Source of the DNA: Myxococcota bacterium
GTDB taxonomy: Bacteria; Myxococcota_A; UBA9160; UBA6930
Assembly (NCBI GenBank): GCA_965223415.1
Contig: OZ245002.1
Location: 2,176,001-2,240,000, forward strand
DNA: 64,000 nucleotides
Direction: 5' to 3'
Shown here piece by piece: positions 46,868 through 57,081 of the stretch (positions within the stretch are counted from its first letter, which is position 1; the number at the start of each line of letters is the position of its first letter). Position numbers and translations under genes: made by a program. The notes under the pieces are model-generated. The model made no database searches. It was not told where the DNA came from and saw nothing but the letters and a program-made list of their open reading frames with translations.

Positions 46868-47467
46868 ATGGCGGAGTACGAGCGGAAGGACAGCTACCAC
46901 CAGCGGGCGAAGCGCGAGGGGTACCGCTCGCGGGCGGCGTACAAGCTGCTCGAGCTGCAGGAGACCCACGGCTTCCTGCGGAAGGGGCAGCGGGCAGTGG
47001 ATCTCGGGTGCTGGCCCGGGGGGTGGCTCCAGGTCGCGTCGGATCTCGTCGGGCCCGATGGGCGCGTGGTCGGGGTCGATCTCGCCGAGATCGATCCGCC
47101 CCTGAAGCTTGCGAACGTGTTCGCAATCGTCGGGGATCTGACGGAGGCCTCCGTTCTGAATGGGGTTCTCGCGAAGCTCGGCGGGCTCGCCGACGTCCTG
47201 CTGTCCGACGCGGCGCCGAAGCTCACCGGGGTGCGCGCTGCCGATCGGGCCAAGGAGGAGGCGCTGCTGGAGGGGGTCGAAGCCGCGCTCCCGGCCCTGC
47301 TCGCGGCGGACGGGAGCTTGCTGGTGAAGCTCCTGGACTGCCCGGAGGCCCAGGCCTTCCAAACGCGAATGCGTTCGCAATTCCGTAAGGTCCGCGTCGT
47401 CAAGCCGAAGGCCAGCCGCAAGGGCACCACCGAGAAGTACCTGCTCGCCGCCGGCCGACAGGCCTAG
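46868..47467 (+). CDS. rlmE: 23S rRNA Um2552 methyltransferase
   Basis: D.YHQRAKREGYRSRAAYKL, DLGCWPGGW, LSDAAP, KPKASRK..E. Confidence 0.95.
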   Translation: MAEYERKDSYHQRAKREGYRSRAAYKLLELQETHGFLRKGQRAVDLGCWPGGWLQVASDLVGPDGRVVGVDLAEIDPPLKLANVFAIVGDLTEASVLNGVLAKLGGLADVLLSDAAPKLTGVRAADRAKEEALLEGVEAALPALLAADGSLLVKLLDCPEAQAFQTRMRSQFRKVRVVKPKASRKGTTEKYLLAAGRQA

Positions 47468-48831
47468 CCGAGCGCTTCCGCCTCCAGGTCCACGCCGTCC
47501 CGCACGCCCGTGATGCGCGCCCGCACCATGGCCCCGGGCTCGAGCCGAGCTCGGCCGCGCAGGAAGGTCACGCCGTCGATCTCCGGCGCCTGGCTCGCCA
47601 GCCGGGCCACCGCGAATTCCCGCGGGCCGGGCCCGTCCACCAAGGCGGTCTGCTCGTTGCCGACCAGGGTCTCCGCACGCTCGGCCATCAGCTCGGCCAG
47701 CACCCGCGTGAGCTCCCGGTAGCGCTCGCGGGCCAGCTCGCGCGGCACTTTGTTGCCCAGCTCGAAGCCCGCCGTGCCCTCCTCGTCGGAGTAGCGGAAC
47801 ACACCCACCCGATCGAAGGCGGTCTCGCGCACCCAGGCCAGCAGCGCCTCGAAGTCCGCGTCCGTCTCGCCGGGGAAGCCGACGATGTAGGTCGTCCGCA
47901 TCGTGGCGTGGGGGATCGTCTCGCGCACCCGCTCGACGAGGCGCCGCTGCCGCTCCGCCGTCGTGCCCCGGCGCATGGCCTGCAGCAGCCGGTCGCTGGC
48001 GTGCTGGAGCGGCATGTCGACGTACGGGAGCACGCGCTTGCCCGTGGCGAGCACCTCGAGCAGCGCGTCGTCCACGGTCGTCGGGTAGATGTACAGGAGC
48101 CGCACCCAGTCGAGGCCGTCCACCTCGTCGAGCCCGCGCAGCAGCTCGGCGATGCGCGGCCGCCCGCCGCCCTCGCCGATCGGCCCGAGGTCCTTCCCCC
48201 AGGCGGTCGAGTCCTGGGCCACCAGGTTGATCTCGCGCACGCCCGCCCCCGCGAGCTGCCGTGCCTCGGCCAGCACCGAGTCGAGCTGGCGGCTCTGGAA
48301 GCGCCCGCGAATTCCGGGGATCGCGCAGAACGCGCACACCCGGTCGCAGCCCTCGGCGATCTTCACGTAGGCCGAGTGACCCTGACCCGAGAGCACCCGC
48401 GGCGCTTCGTGGTCGTAGAGATGGGTGTGCCCCGGCTCCACGTAGAGGCCCCGCCCGCGGCCGGCCAGGGCGTCGTCCAGGATCGACGCGATCTCCTGGT
48501 AGTGGGAGGTGCCGACGAAGGCGTCCACCTCGGGCAGCTCCTTCGCCAGCTCGGCGCCGTAGCGTTGAGGGAGGCAGCCGGACACCACCAACGCGCGCAG
48601 CGCACCTTCCTCGCGCAGGTCCGCCACGTCGAGGATCGCCTGGACCGACTCCTCCCGGGCGCTCTCGATGAACGAGCAGGTGTTCACCACCGCGACGTCC
48701 GCCGCCTCGAGCTCCTCCGCCAGGGCGTAGCCGGCCGTCGCCAGGCTGCCGAGCATCACCTCCGTGTCCAGGAGGTTCTTCGGGCATCCCAGCGAGTGGA
48801 AGTACACCGTGGCCTTGGGGGCGTCCCGCAT
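47464..48831 (-). CDS. rimO: Ribosomal protein S12 methylthiotransferase
   Basis: SLGCPKNLLD, NTCSFI, KIAEGCDRVCAFC, YVDMPLQH, IVGFPGET, APEIDG. Confidence 0.95.
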   Translation of the reverse strand: MRDAPKATVYFHSLGCPKNLLDTEVMLGSLATAGYALAEELEAADVAVVNTCSFIESAREESVQAILDVADLREEGALRALVVSGCLPQRYGAELAKELPEVDAFVGTSHYQEIASILDDALAGRGRGLYVEPGHTHLYDHEAPRVLSGQGHSAYVKIAEGCDRVCAFCAIPGIRGRFQSRQLDSVLAEARQLAGAGVREINLVAQDSTAWGKDLGPIGEGGGRPRIAELLRGLDEVDGLDWVRLLYIYPTTVDDALLEVLATGKRVLPYVDMPLQHASDRLLQAMRRGTTAERQRRLVERVRETIPHATMRTTYIVGFPGETDADFEALLAWVRETAFDRVGVFRYSDEEGTAGFELGNKVPRELARERYRELTRVLAELMAERAETLVGNEQTALVDGPGPREFAVARLASQAPEIDGVTFLRGRARLEPGAMVRARITGVRDGVDLEAEALG

Positions 48832-48902
48832 GAGGGGCAGGAGCGTACCAGGGCCCGTATGATCCTCCCTCCCCCGCAACCCTGACGCTTCCGGAGGCTC
48901 CC

Positions 48903-49385
48903 GTGTCCGATCGTCCCTTCCAGGTTCTCGGCATCCAGCAGATCGCCGTCGGCGGGCTCGACAAGCTCGCCCTGCGCAGGCTGTGGGTGGACACCCTGGG
49001 TCTGACCCTCCACGGGGACTTCCAGAGCGAGAGCGAGAACGTCGACGAGGACATCGCCGTCTGCGGGCGCGGGCCCCTCAAGGTGGAGGTGGACCTGATG
49101 CAGCCCCTCGACCCGGACAAGCGGCCGAAGGTGCACGAGCCAGCCCTCAACCACGTGGGCCTGTGGATCGACGACCTGCACGCCGCCGTCGCGTGGCTCG
49201 AGGGGAAGGGCATGCGCTTCACGCCCGGCGGCATCCGCCGGGGCGCCTCGGGTCACGACGTGTGCTTCATCCACCCGAAGGGGAGCGAGGCAGCGCCGAT
49301 CGGTGGCGAAGGCGTGCTGATCGAGCTGGTGCAGGCGCCGCCCGAGGTGGTAACGGCGTTCGAGACGATCGCCGCCGCGAGCTAG
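48903..49385 (+). CDS. VOC family protein (methylmalonyl-CoA epimerase/glyoxalase-like)
   Basis: [42 protein letters not shown]. Confidence 0.85.
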   Translation: MSDRPFQVLGIQQIAVGGLDKLALRRLWVDTLGLTLHGDFQSESENVDEDIAVCGRGPLKVEVDLMQPLDPDKRPKVHEPALNHVGLWIDDLHAAVAWLEGKGMRFTPGGIRRGASGHDVCFIHPKGSEAAPIGGEGVLIELVQAPPEVVTAFETIAAAS

Positions 49386-49387
49386 GC

Positions 49388-50824
49388 GTGGTGCGCCTGC
49401 GCGCCGCTGGGCTGGTGGTCTGTGTGGCGGCGCTCGCCTGCGCCGAACCCCCGGCACCGGCGCGGGTGGCCGCCGGACGGGAGAGCTCGCTCCTGGAGGC
49501 GCTGGTCTCCGGCGACGACGCGACCCAGGAAGCCGCCCTGGCCGAGATCGAAGCCGCCGGCGACGCCCGTTTCGTGGCACCGCTCATCGAGCTGGTGCGC
49601 GCGGGCCAGCTCGGCATCGGCGGGCGCAACGCCTACAACCAGCGCATCGTCACCCTCGAGCGGCTCTCGGGGGAGTCCCTGGGCGGCGACTGGTTCGGCT
49701 GGTCCGAGTGGTTCGGCGGCACCGATCTCGAGGAGCCTCCCGGCTTCACCGGATGGAAAGGGCGCCTGCTCGCGCCCCTCGAGCCTCGTTATGCGGAGAT
49801 CCTGACGGACGAGACCAGGGCGGCGATCCGGGTCGCGGAGATCGACTGGGGCGGCGTCCCCCTCGACGGCATTCCGCCTCTCGAGGATCCCGCCCACGTC
49901 CCGGCCGGCGAGGCGGATCACATGACCGACGGCGAGCCCGTCTTCGGTGTCAGCGCGGGCGGCGCCCACCGCGCCTATCCCCTGCGCATCCTCGACTGGC
50001 ACGAACTTGCGAACGACACCCTGGGCGGCGTCCCGCTCTCGCTCGCGTACTGCACCCTGTGCGGCTCGGGCATCGCCTACGACGGGCGGGTCCCGGGCCT
50101 GGGCGAGCCGCTGCGCTTCGGGACGAGCGGGCTCCTGCACCGCAGCAACAAGCTGATGTACGACCGGGCCACCACGACCCTCTGGAACCAGCTCACCGGT
50201 CGCCCGGTGCTGGGCGAGCTGGTGGGGCGCGAAGGCCTCGAGCTGGCGCTTCTCCCCGCCGTCGTCATCACCTGGGGAGAGTGGAAGCTGCGCCACCCGG
50301 ACACGACGGTGCTCACCCTCGACACGGGGCACCGTCGTCCCTACCGGCTGGGCGAGCCCTACGGCGGCTACTTCGCCTCCCGGGACAAGCTCTTCCCGGT
50401 GCACGAGGCCCGCGAGGAGCTCGCCAGCAAGGAGCGCATCTTCGGCCTTGTCGTGGAAGGCCGCGCCAAGGCCTGGCCGGTGACGAAGCTCGTCGAGACC
50501 CAGGTGACGAACGCCGTGCTCGGTGAGCGCCGGCTCCTGCTCGTCGCGAACAGCGGCCGCATCGAGGTCGAGGGCTACAACCAGCGCGCGGGCCCGGTGC
50601 GCTACGACGCCGGTGCCGCCGTCCGCGCCTACGACGCTCCGTCCGACGGCTTCCGCCTGGGCCCCGACGAAGAGAGCCTCGTCGACGCCGAAGGCCGGCG
50701 CTGGACCCTCACCGAGGACGCCCTCGTCGGCCCGGGCAGCCAGCGCGCCTCCCGCCGCCCCGGCACGCTCGCCTACTGGTTCGCCTGGCAAGCCTTCCAT
50801 CCCACCACCGAGCTCGCCGATTGA
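49388..50824 (+). CDS. DUF3179-domain lipoprotein
   Basis: Lipobox-like ALAC, WGGVPLDGIPPL, RAYPLRILDWHE, YCTLCGS, FGTSGLL..SNKLMYDR, YWFAWQAFHP. Confidence 0.85.
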   Translation: MVRLRAAGLVVCVAALACAEPPAPARVAAGRESSLLEALVSGDDATQEAALAEIEAAGDARFVAPLIELVRAGQLGIGGRNAYNQRIVTLERLSGESLGGDWFGWSEWFGGTDLEEPPGFTGWKGRLLAPLEPRYAEILTDETRAAIRVAEIDWGGVPLDGIPPLEDPAHVPAGEADHMTDGEPVFGVSAGGAHRAYPLRILDWHELANDTLGGVPLSLAYCTLCGSGIAYDGRVPGLGEPLRFGTSGLLHRSNKLMYDRATTTLWNQLTGRPVLGELVGREGLELALLPAVVITWGEWKLRHPDTTVLTLDTGHRRPYRLGEPYGGYFASRDKLFPVHEAREELASKERIFGLVVEGRAKAWPVTKLVETQVTNAVLGERRLLLVANSGRIEVEGYNQRAGPVRYDAGAAVRAYDAPSDGFRLGPDEESLVDAEGRRWTLTEDALVGPGSQRASRRPGTLAYWFAWQAFHPTTELAD

Positions 50825-50844
50825 GAAGCGGGGCCGTTTCTCGA
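50821..50844. repeat. Short hairpin with GGGGCCG core (possible minimal member of the palindrome family or terminator)
   Basis: TTGAGAAGCGGGGCCGTTTCTCGA, includes the DUF3179 stop codon. Confidence 0.45.
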
Positions 50845-50858
50845 CTATGCTGTCGGCC

Positions 50859-51992
50859 ATGAGCGATCTTCGTCCTTTCCGGATCGACGTGCCCGACTCG
50901 GTGCTCGCGGATCTGCGCGAGCGTCTCGCGCGGACGCGCTGGACCGATCAGATCCCGGACACCGGGTGGAAGCTCGGTACCGACACCGCCTACCTGCGGG
51001 AGCTGTGCGACTACTGGCGCGAAGGCTACGACTGGCGCGCCCAGGAGGCGCAGCTCAATGCCGTGCCCCAGTTCACCACCGAGATCGACGGCCAGCGGAT
51101 CCACTTCGTGCACGCGCGCTCGAAGCACGAGGACGCGCTGCCCCTCGTGATCACCCACGGCTGGCCGGGCTCGGTGCTCGAGTTCCAGAAGATCACGCCC
51201 CTGCTCACCGACCCGGAGGCCCACGGCGGGCGCAAGGAGGACGCGTTCCACGTCGTGTGCCCGTCGATGCCCGGCTACGGCTTCTCCGGGCCGACCGCGG
51301 ACCGCGGCTGGGACCCGAAGCGCATCGCCGCCGCCGAGGTGGAGCTGATGCGGCGCCTCGGCTACGAGCGCTACGGCGCCCAGGGCGGTGACTGGGGCTC
51401 GATGGTCACGAGCCAGATCGGCGCCCTCGACCCGGAGCACTGCGCGGGCATTCACCTCAACATGGTGATCGCGCTCCCCCAGGAGGGTGAGCTCGACGAG
51501 CAGGAGCAGGGCTGGGCCACGGACACCCAGACCTTCAACACCCGGGAGACCGGCTACCAGCAGATCCAGGGCACGAAGCCCCAGACCCTGGGCCTCAGCC
51601 TGAACGACTCGCCTGCGGGCCTGTGCGGCTGGATCGTCGAGAAGTTCCGCACCTGGAGCGATTGCGGCGGCGACGTGGAGAGCGTCTTCAGCCGGGACGA
51701 GCTGCTGACTAACGTGATGATCTACTGGGTGACCGAGACCATCAACTCGTCGATCCGCCTCTACTACGAGGTGATGCAGGGCGGCACGGCGCTTCCTACC
51801 GAGAAGGTCCCGGTGCCGATGGGCTGCGCGATCTTCCCCCGCGAGATCTACAAGGCCCCGCGCAAGTGGGCCGAGGCGCTCTACGACGTCCGACACTACG
51901 AGGTGTACGAGAAGGGCGGCCACTTCGCGGCCATGGAGCAGCCCCAAGCCCTCGCGAAGGACCTGCGCACCTTCTTCGCCATGGTGCGCTAG
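50859..51992 (+). CDS. Epoxide hydrolase (microsomal-type, EHN domain)
   Basis: PFRIDVPD, HGWPGS, QGGDWG, HLN, LNDSPAGL, GGHFAAMEQP. Confidence 0.93.
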   Translation: MSDLRPFRIDVPDSVLADLRERLARTRWTDQIPDTGWKLGTDTAYLRELCDYWREGYDWRAQEAQLNAVPQFTTEIDGQRIHFVHARSKHEDALPLVITHGWPGSVLEFQKITPLLTDPEAHGGRKEDAFHVVCPSMPGYGFSGPTADRGWDPKRIAAAEVELMRRLGYERYGAQGGDWGSMVTSQIGALDPEHCAGIHLNMVIALPQEGELDEQEQGWATDTQTFNTRETGYQQIQGTKPQTLGLSLNDSPAGLCGWIVEKFRTWSDCGGDVESVFSRDELLTNVMIYWVTETINSSIRLYYEVMQGGTALPTEKVPVPMGCAIFPREIYKAPRKWAEALYDVRHYEVYEKGGHFAAMEQPQALAKDLRTFFAMVR

Positions 51993-52088
51993 TGAGACAA
52001 GGGGACGTTCCTGTCTGTCTCACTCCTCGACATGGGCCTTGGGCGACCTGTTGGGAGTGAGACAGACAGGAACGTCCCTTTGTCTCAC
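51992..52088. repeat. Palindrome, 35-bp arms (1 mismatch), 27-nt loop, GGGGACGTTCCT core
   Basis: GTGAGACAAGGGGACGTTCCTGTCTGTCTCACTCC ... GGAGTGAGACAGACAGGAACGTCCCTTTGTCTCAC, between convergent genes. Confidence 0.9.
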
Positions 52089-52092
52089 GGCC

Positions 52093-53393
52093 TCACAGCA
52101 TGCCGGCTGCTTTGACCTCTAGGTAGCCGTTGACCAGGGTGATCGGCAGCTGGGCCGGCGTGGCGTCGAGGAGCAGCGCGCCGCCGGTACGCAGGGCGTG
52201 GTGGGCGGCGCGCCGTTCGTGCAGGTAGTGGTGGATGGCGGCGACGCGGGTCGCGTCCTCCGGGCCCTGCACCGGATCCTCGAGCCGCGCGTCGAGCACA
52301 CGCTCCCGCAGGCTGGCGAGCATCACCAGGTGGTGCCGTGCCATGAGCTTCACCGCCGCGGCCAGCTCGCTCCCGTCCTCGTCCCGCAGGTTCGAGACCC
52401 ACACGATGAGGCTGCGCTTGCGCACGCGGCCCATGAGCTCCGCTGCCGCGCTCAGGTGGTCCGTGGCCAGGGGCTGGGCGTGGAGGTCGTAGAGCCCCTC
52501 GAGGAGGGCGCCGAGCTGGCCCGGGCCCTTGCGCGGCGCGAGCCAGCGCCGCACGCCGCCCAGGGTCGAGAGGCCGACGGCGTCGCCCTGGCGCAGCGCC
52601 ACGTGGGCCACGAGGAGCGCCGCGTCCAACGCCGCATCCAGGTGGGCGAGCTCGCCGTCCTGGGCGCGCATGCGCCGGCCGCAATCGAGGACCAGCACGA
52701 TCTGCTGGTCGCGCTCGTCCTGGTACTCGCGGGAGATCGCCCGCTGGAAGCGGCTCGTCGCCTTCCAATCGACCTGACGCAGCGGGTCCCCGGGGCGGTA
52801 CTCGCGCAGCTGCTGGAACTCCAGGCCGGCGCCGCGCCGTGGCCGCCGCCGAACCCCGAGCTGGCTCGTGCGATGCTCGGTGGCGAGCAGCTCGTAGCGG
52901 CGCACCGCGTCGAAGTTCGGATAGATCCGCACGGAAGTCTCCGGCTCCGGGCGATGGAGGCGCTCGAAGAGCCCGAGGGGCGAGCGCACCCGCATCTCCA
53001 CCGGGCCGAAGCGGGCGGCGCCGCGCAGGATCGGCCGTACGCGGTAGCGAACCACCGCCTCCTGACCGGGCGGGATACGGACCGTGCGGGGCAGGTCGTC
53101 GCTGGCGAGCCGGGTCGGAAGATGGTCGAAGAGCACCAGCTGCAGAGCCCGGCGGTGCGGGTTCGCGAGGCGGAGGGTCACCGTCGCGCGCCCCCGCAAC
53201 GAGAGCGCCGGCGGCACCTCTCGCGTGACCTCCGGCGCCGGCGTCCTCCACCCGAGCGCCGCGTCGACCGCGAAGGCCAGCAGCGCAAGACCACCCGCGG
53301 CCCGCCACATCGGCAACGCCTCCGGCACGAAGGCCGCGAAGCCGCCGAGGGCCGTCCACAGGCCGAGGACGAGGAGTGTGCGAACGCTCGGCG

Positions 53394-53397
<4 letters not shown>
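52093..53397 (-). CDS. DUF58 family protein (MoxR partner, VWA-like)
   Basis: GLEFQQLREYRPGDPLRQVDWKATSR, LVLDCGRRM, GDAVG, NGYLEVKAAG. Confidence 0.9.
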
Positions 53398-54370
<973 letters not shown>

Positions 54371-54374
<4 letters not shown>

Positions 54375-55624
54375 AGGGCGTGTCGGATCCTCTCGAGGGT
54401 GGCGATCGTTCGGGTGAAGTCTCCGCGGCCGGAAGCCGGTGCTTCGCCGCGCAGGGCCAGGGCGACGTCGACGGGCTCGAGCCGCGCCGCGGCGGCAAGG
54501 CGCGCGTCGAGCTCCACGGGAGCCAGCCGCAGCCAGGCGGGCCGCCGCTCGCGCAACACGTCGTGCAGGGATTCCCGCGCCGCCTCCACGAGCACGTCCC
54601 GGCGGCCGCGGGCCAGGAGCCGCCCGGCCGCCTCCACGTGCTCGAGCAGGCTGCGCCGCACCGGGGGCCGCTCCGGGATCAGCGGCCCGAAGCGCCGGCT
54701 CGCGCGCCACACCCACGCGAGCAGCCAGCATGCCCCTGCCAGGAGCGGCGCCCACGCGTGACGGCGCACGAGCTCCCAGAGGCCGGGCCACCGCTCGACC
54801 GGAAGCAGCCACACCGGTCCGGGCGCTTCGCCGCGCCGCAGGATGCGCAGCACCACCTCCGCGTGGTCGGCCTCGGCCAGCGCGTCGTTGCGCACGAGGT
54901 AGTCGTCCGTCGAGACGGTGATCCTCCCACGACCATGATCGAGGCGGACGAGGTGCACGCCGCCGGGGCCGGAGACCGAGGCTGCCGGCTCGAGCTCCTC
55001 CGTGTCCAGGTAGAAGTTCTGATCGAAGTGGACGCGGTAGCGGCGGCTCTCTCCCTCGAAACGCACGTCGATGGCATCCCAGGTGACAGCGGGCCAGGTG
55101 CGCTCCAGGGCGAGGGGCACCTGGATGGTCTCCTCTTCCTCGTCGGCCGCCGTCGGATCCTCCTCCACCGCGTCCTGGGCGAGCCGGGCCAGGGCCTCGG
55201 GCACGGGCTCGTCGTGCATGAGCTGCCGGATGCCGAGCTCGTCGAGGAGGAAGTCCGGGCGGCGGTGCTCGTCGTCCCAGATCGTCCACGTCACGACCCA
55301 CAGATGGCCACCCGCCTCGACCCAGCGCAGCAGCCGGCGCGAACGCTCCTCACCCAGGGTGAGTCGGTTGGCCGGATAGAAGATCGTGCCCGTCCCTACC
55401 ACCGGGAGCGGACCCTCGAGCTCGCTCGGGCCCGCAAGCACCCGCACGTCGTGTCCCAGGCGTTCGAGCAGCCGCTCCAGGGCGAGGTACGGGTTGCGGA
55501 CGGCCTCGGGGCTCGCGCCCCGATACTCCCACTCCGAGCGCCGCTCGAAGCAGGTGAAGAAGAGCCCGATCACGGCAGCGGTCATCGCCGCGGCGATGAC
55601 CAGGGTCCAGCGCCTCTGGTTCAC
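54371..55624 (-). CDS. DUF4350-like membrane-anchored protein
   Basis: N-terminal TM, NPYLALERLL, WVEAGGHL, GRGRITV, C-terminal TM with RFGP and EHVEAAG. Confidence 0.75.
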
Positions 55625-57081
55625 GACGCGGGCTCCAGCAGCCGCGGCGCCCACCGCCGGCAGAGATCGGCGAACGTGTCGCCGCCGAGGGGAGCGCGCG
55701 CATAGCGCGAGAGCACCCAGGCGTCGTTCAGCGCCGCGAAGTCGTCGACCAGGGGCCCGTCGGAGGTCCCCCGGACGATCCGCAGGCAATCGCCCTCGGT
55801 GGCGCTGCCCGGGATGGTGAGGCCGCGGCGTTCGATCAGCAGGATGAGGGCGGCGCGGTAGAGCAGGCTGAGCGCGCGGGTGGCGTCGCCGGCGGCGAAG
55901 GCTTCGCGGGCCGCGGCGATCACGTCTTCGGGCAAGGTTTCCGGATCGAGCTCGAGGCCGAACAGCGCCGTCGGGAGAGGGGCGTCCCGCTCACGGCCCT
56001 CCCAGCGCGGCTCGCGGGCGAGGCGCAGGCCGAGCAGGCTGAGTCCCATCGCCAGGGCGACCCACAGGGCGATCTCCGCCAGCCCGGCGATGAAATCGCC
56101 GAAGCCGCTGAAGCCCCACTCGGAGGTCTCCCAGTCGTCGCCGAAGTCGAACTCCCGGGGGAGCCAGCGCGTCTTCTCCTCCCAGCGGCCGAACTCCTCG
56201 GCGCCGACGACTTCGACGGCGCACGCCCCGGCGGTCGACGGATCGTCGGGAACGCAGGCCGTCTCCGCGCGGGCGCCTGGGGCGCTGGCGAAAATCGCGA
56301 GGAGGAGCGCGGCGGCCGCGCCGCGCGCGGCGGGAGCGAGCGGTTGGATCCGCCGGCGCAGTGCGATCTCCACGTCCCAGCCCTCGAGCCACATGCGCCG
56401 GTTCACGTAGAGGCCGAAGCCCGCGGCCACGAGCAGGGGCTCCACCACGCTCGTGCCGGCCAGGTAGGCGAACGCGACCACGAGCCCGGCGCCGGTCGAG
56501 TCGCCCTCGAACCAGTTCCCGAACAGGCGCACGAGCGGATCGATCCACGCCTCCGGCGCCACCAGGAAGAAGAAGGCGCTCATGCCCACCATCAGCGCCC
56601 CGTTCACGTGGGCGCCGATCGTGTGCAGAGACGCGCTGGGGCCGAGCTCGGCCCGCGTCAGGACGCGGATGCGTGCTCGCCGCTCGGGCCCGCTCAGCCC
56701 TTCGAGCTGGAGCACGGGGGCCGCATAGCAACGGCTCGGGCTGAACCGCATCAAGGTGAGGGAGGCCAGGACGCCTCCGCGCAGGATCCGGGGCAGGGCC
56801 CGTGCCGTGGCGCGGACGCTCGGCGGCTCGGCGAAGAGCGCCTGGCCGAGCACGTGGAGCACCACGCGGCCGAAGAGCGGCCGCAGCCACCAGAGCACGA
56901 GGAGCGTCCACCACGGGCTTCCGCGCAGGCCGACGATGAGCGCGCTCGCCACTGGCACCACCAAGAGCAGCCACGCTCCCCAGATCGGCCGCCACCAGGC
57001 GCGGGCCATCGCGGTGCCCAGGTCGAGGGCCTCCCAGCCCGAGCGCGGACGGGCGTGGATGCGCAGCTCGTCAGCGCGCAC
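55621..57081 (-). CDS. DUF4129-containing membrane protein
   Basis: RPRSGWEALDLG, LWWLRP, GFGLYVNRR..LEGWDVE, ALSLLYRA, ATEGDCL. Confidence 0.8.
   Translation of the reverse strand: MRADELRIHARPRSGWEALDLGTAMARAWWRPIWGAWLLLVVPVASALIVGLRGSPWWTLLVLWWLRPLFGRVVLHVLGQALFAEPPSVRATARALPRILRGGVLASLTLMRFSPSRCYAAPVLQLEGLSGPERRARIRVLTRAELGPSASLHTIGAHVNGALMVGMSAFFFLVAPEAWIDPLVRLFGNWFEGDSTGAGLVVAFAYLAGTSVVEPLLVAAGFGLYVNRRMWLEGWDVEIALRRRIQPLAPAARGAAAALLLAIFASAPGARAETACVPDDPSTAGACAVEVVGAEEFGRWEEKTRWLPREFDFGDDWETSEWGFSGFGDFIAGLAEIALWVALAMGLSLLGLRLAREPRWEGRERDAPLPTALFGLELDPETLPEDVIAAAREAFAAGDATRALSLLYRAALILLIERRGLTIPGSATEGDCLRIVRGTSDGPLVDDFAALNDAWVLSRYARAPLGGDTFADLCRRWAPRLLEPAS

Noticed and set aside
49388..50824. 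DUF3179 as a selenoprotein
   Set aside because: The motif is encoded TGC ACC CTG TGC (Cys-x-x-Cys); no in-frame TGA.
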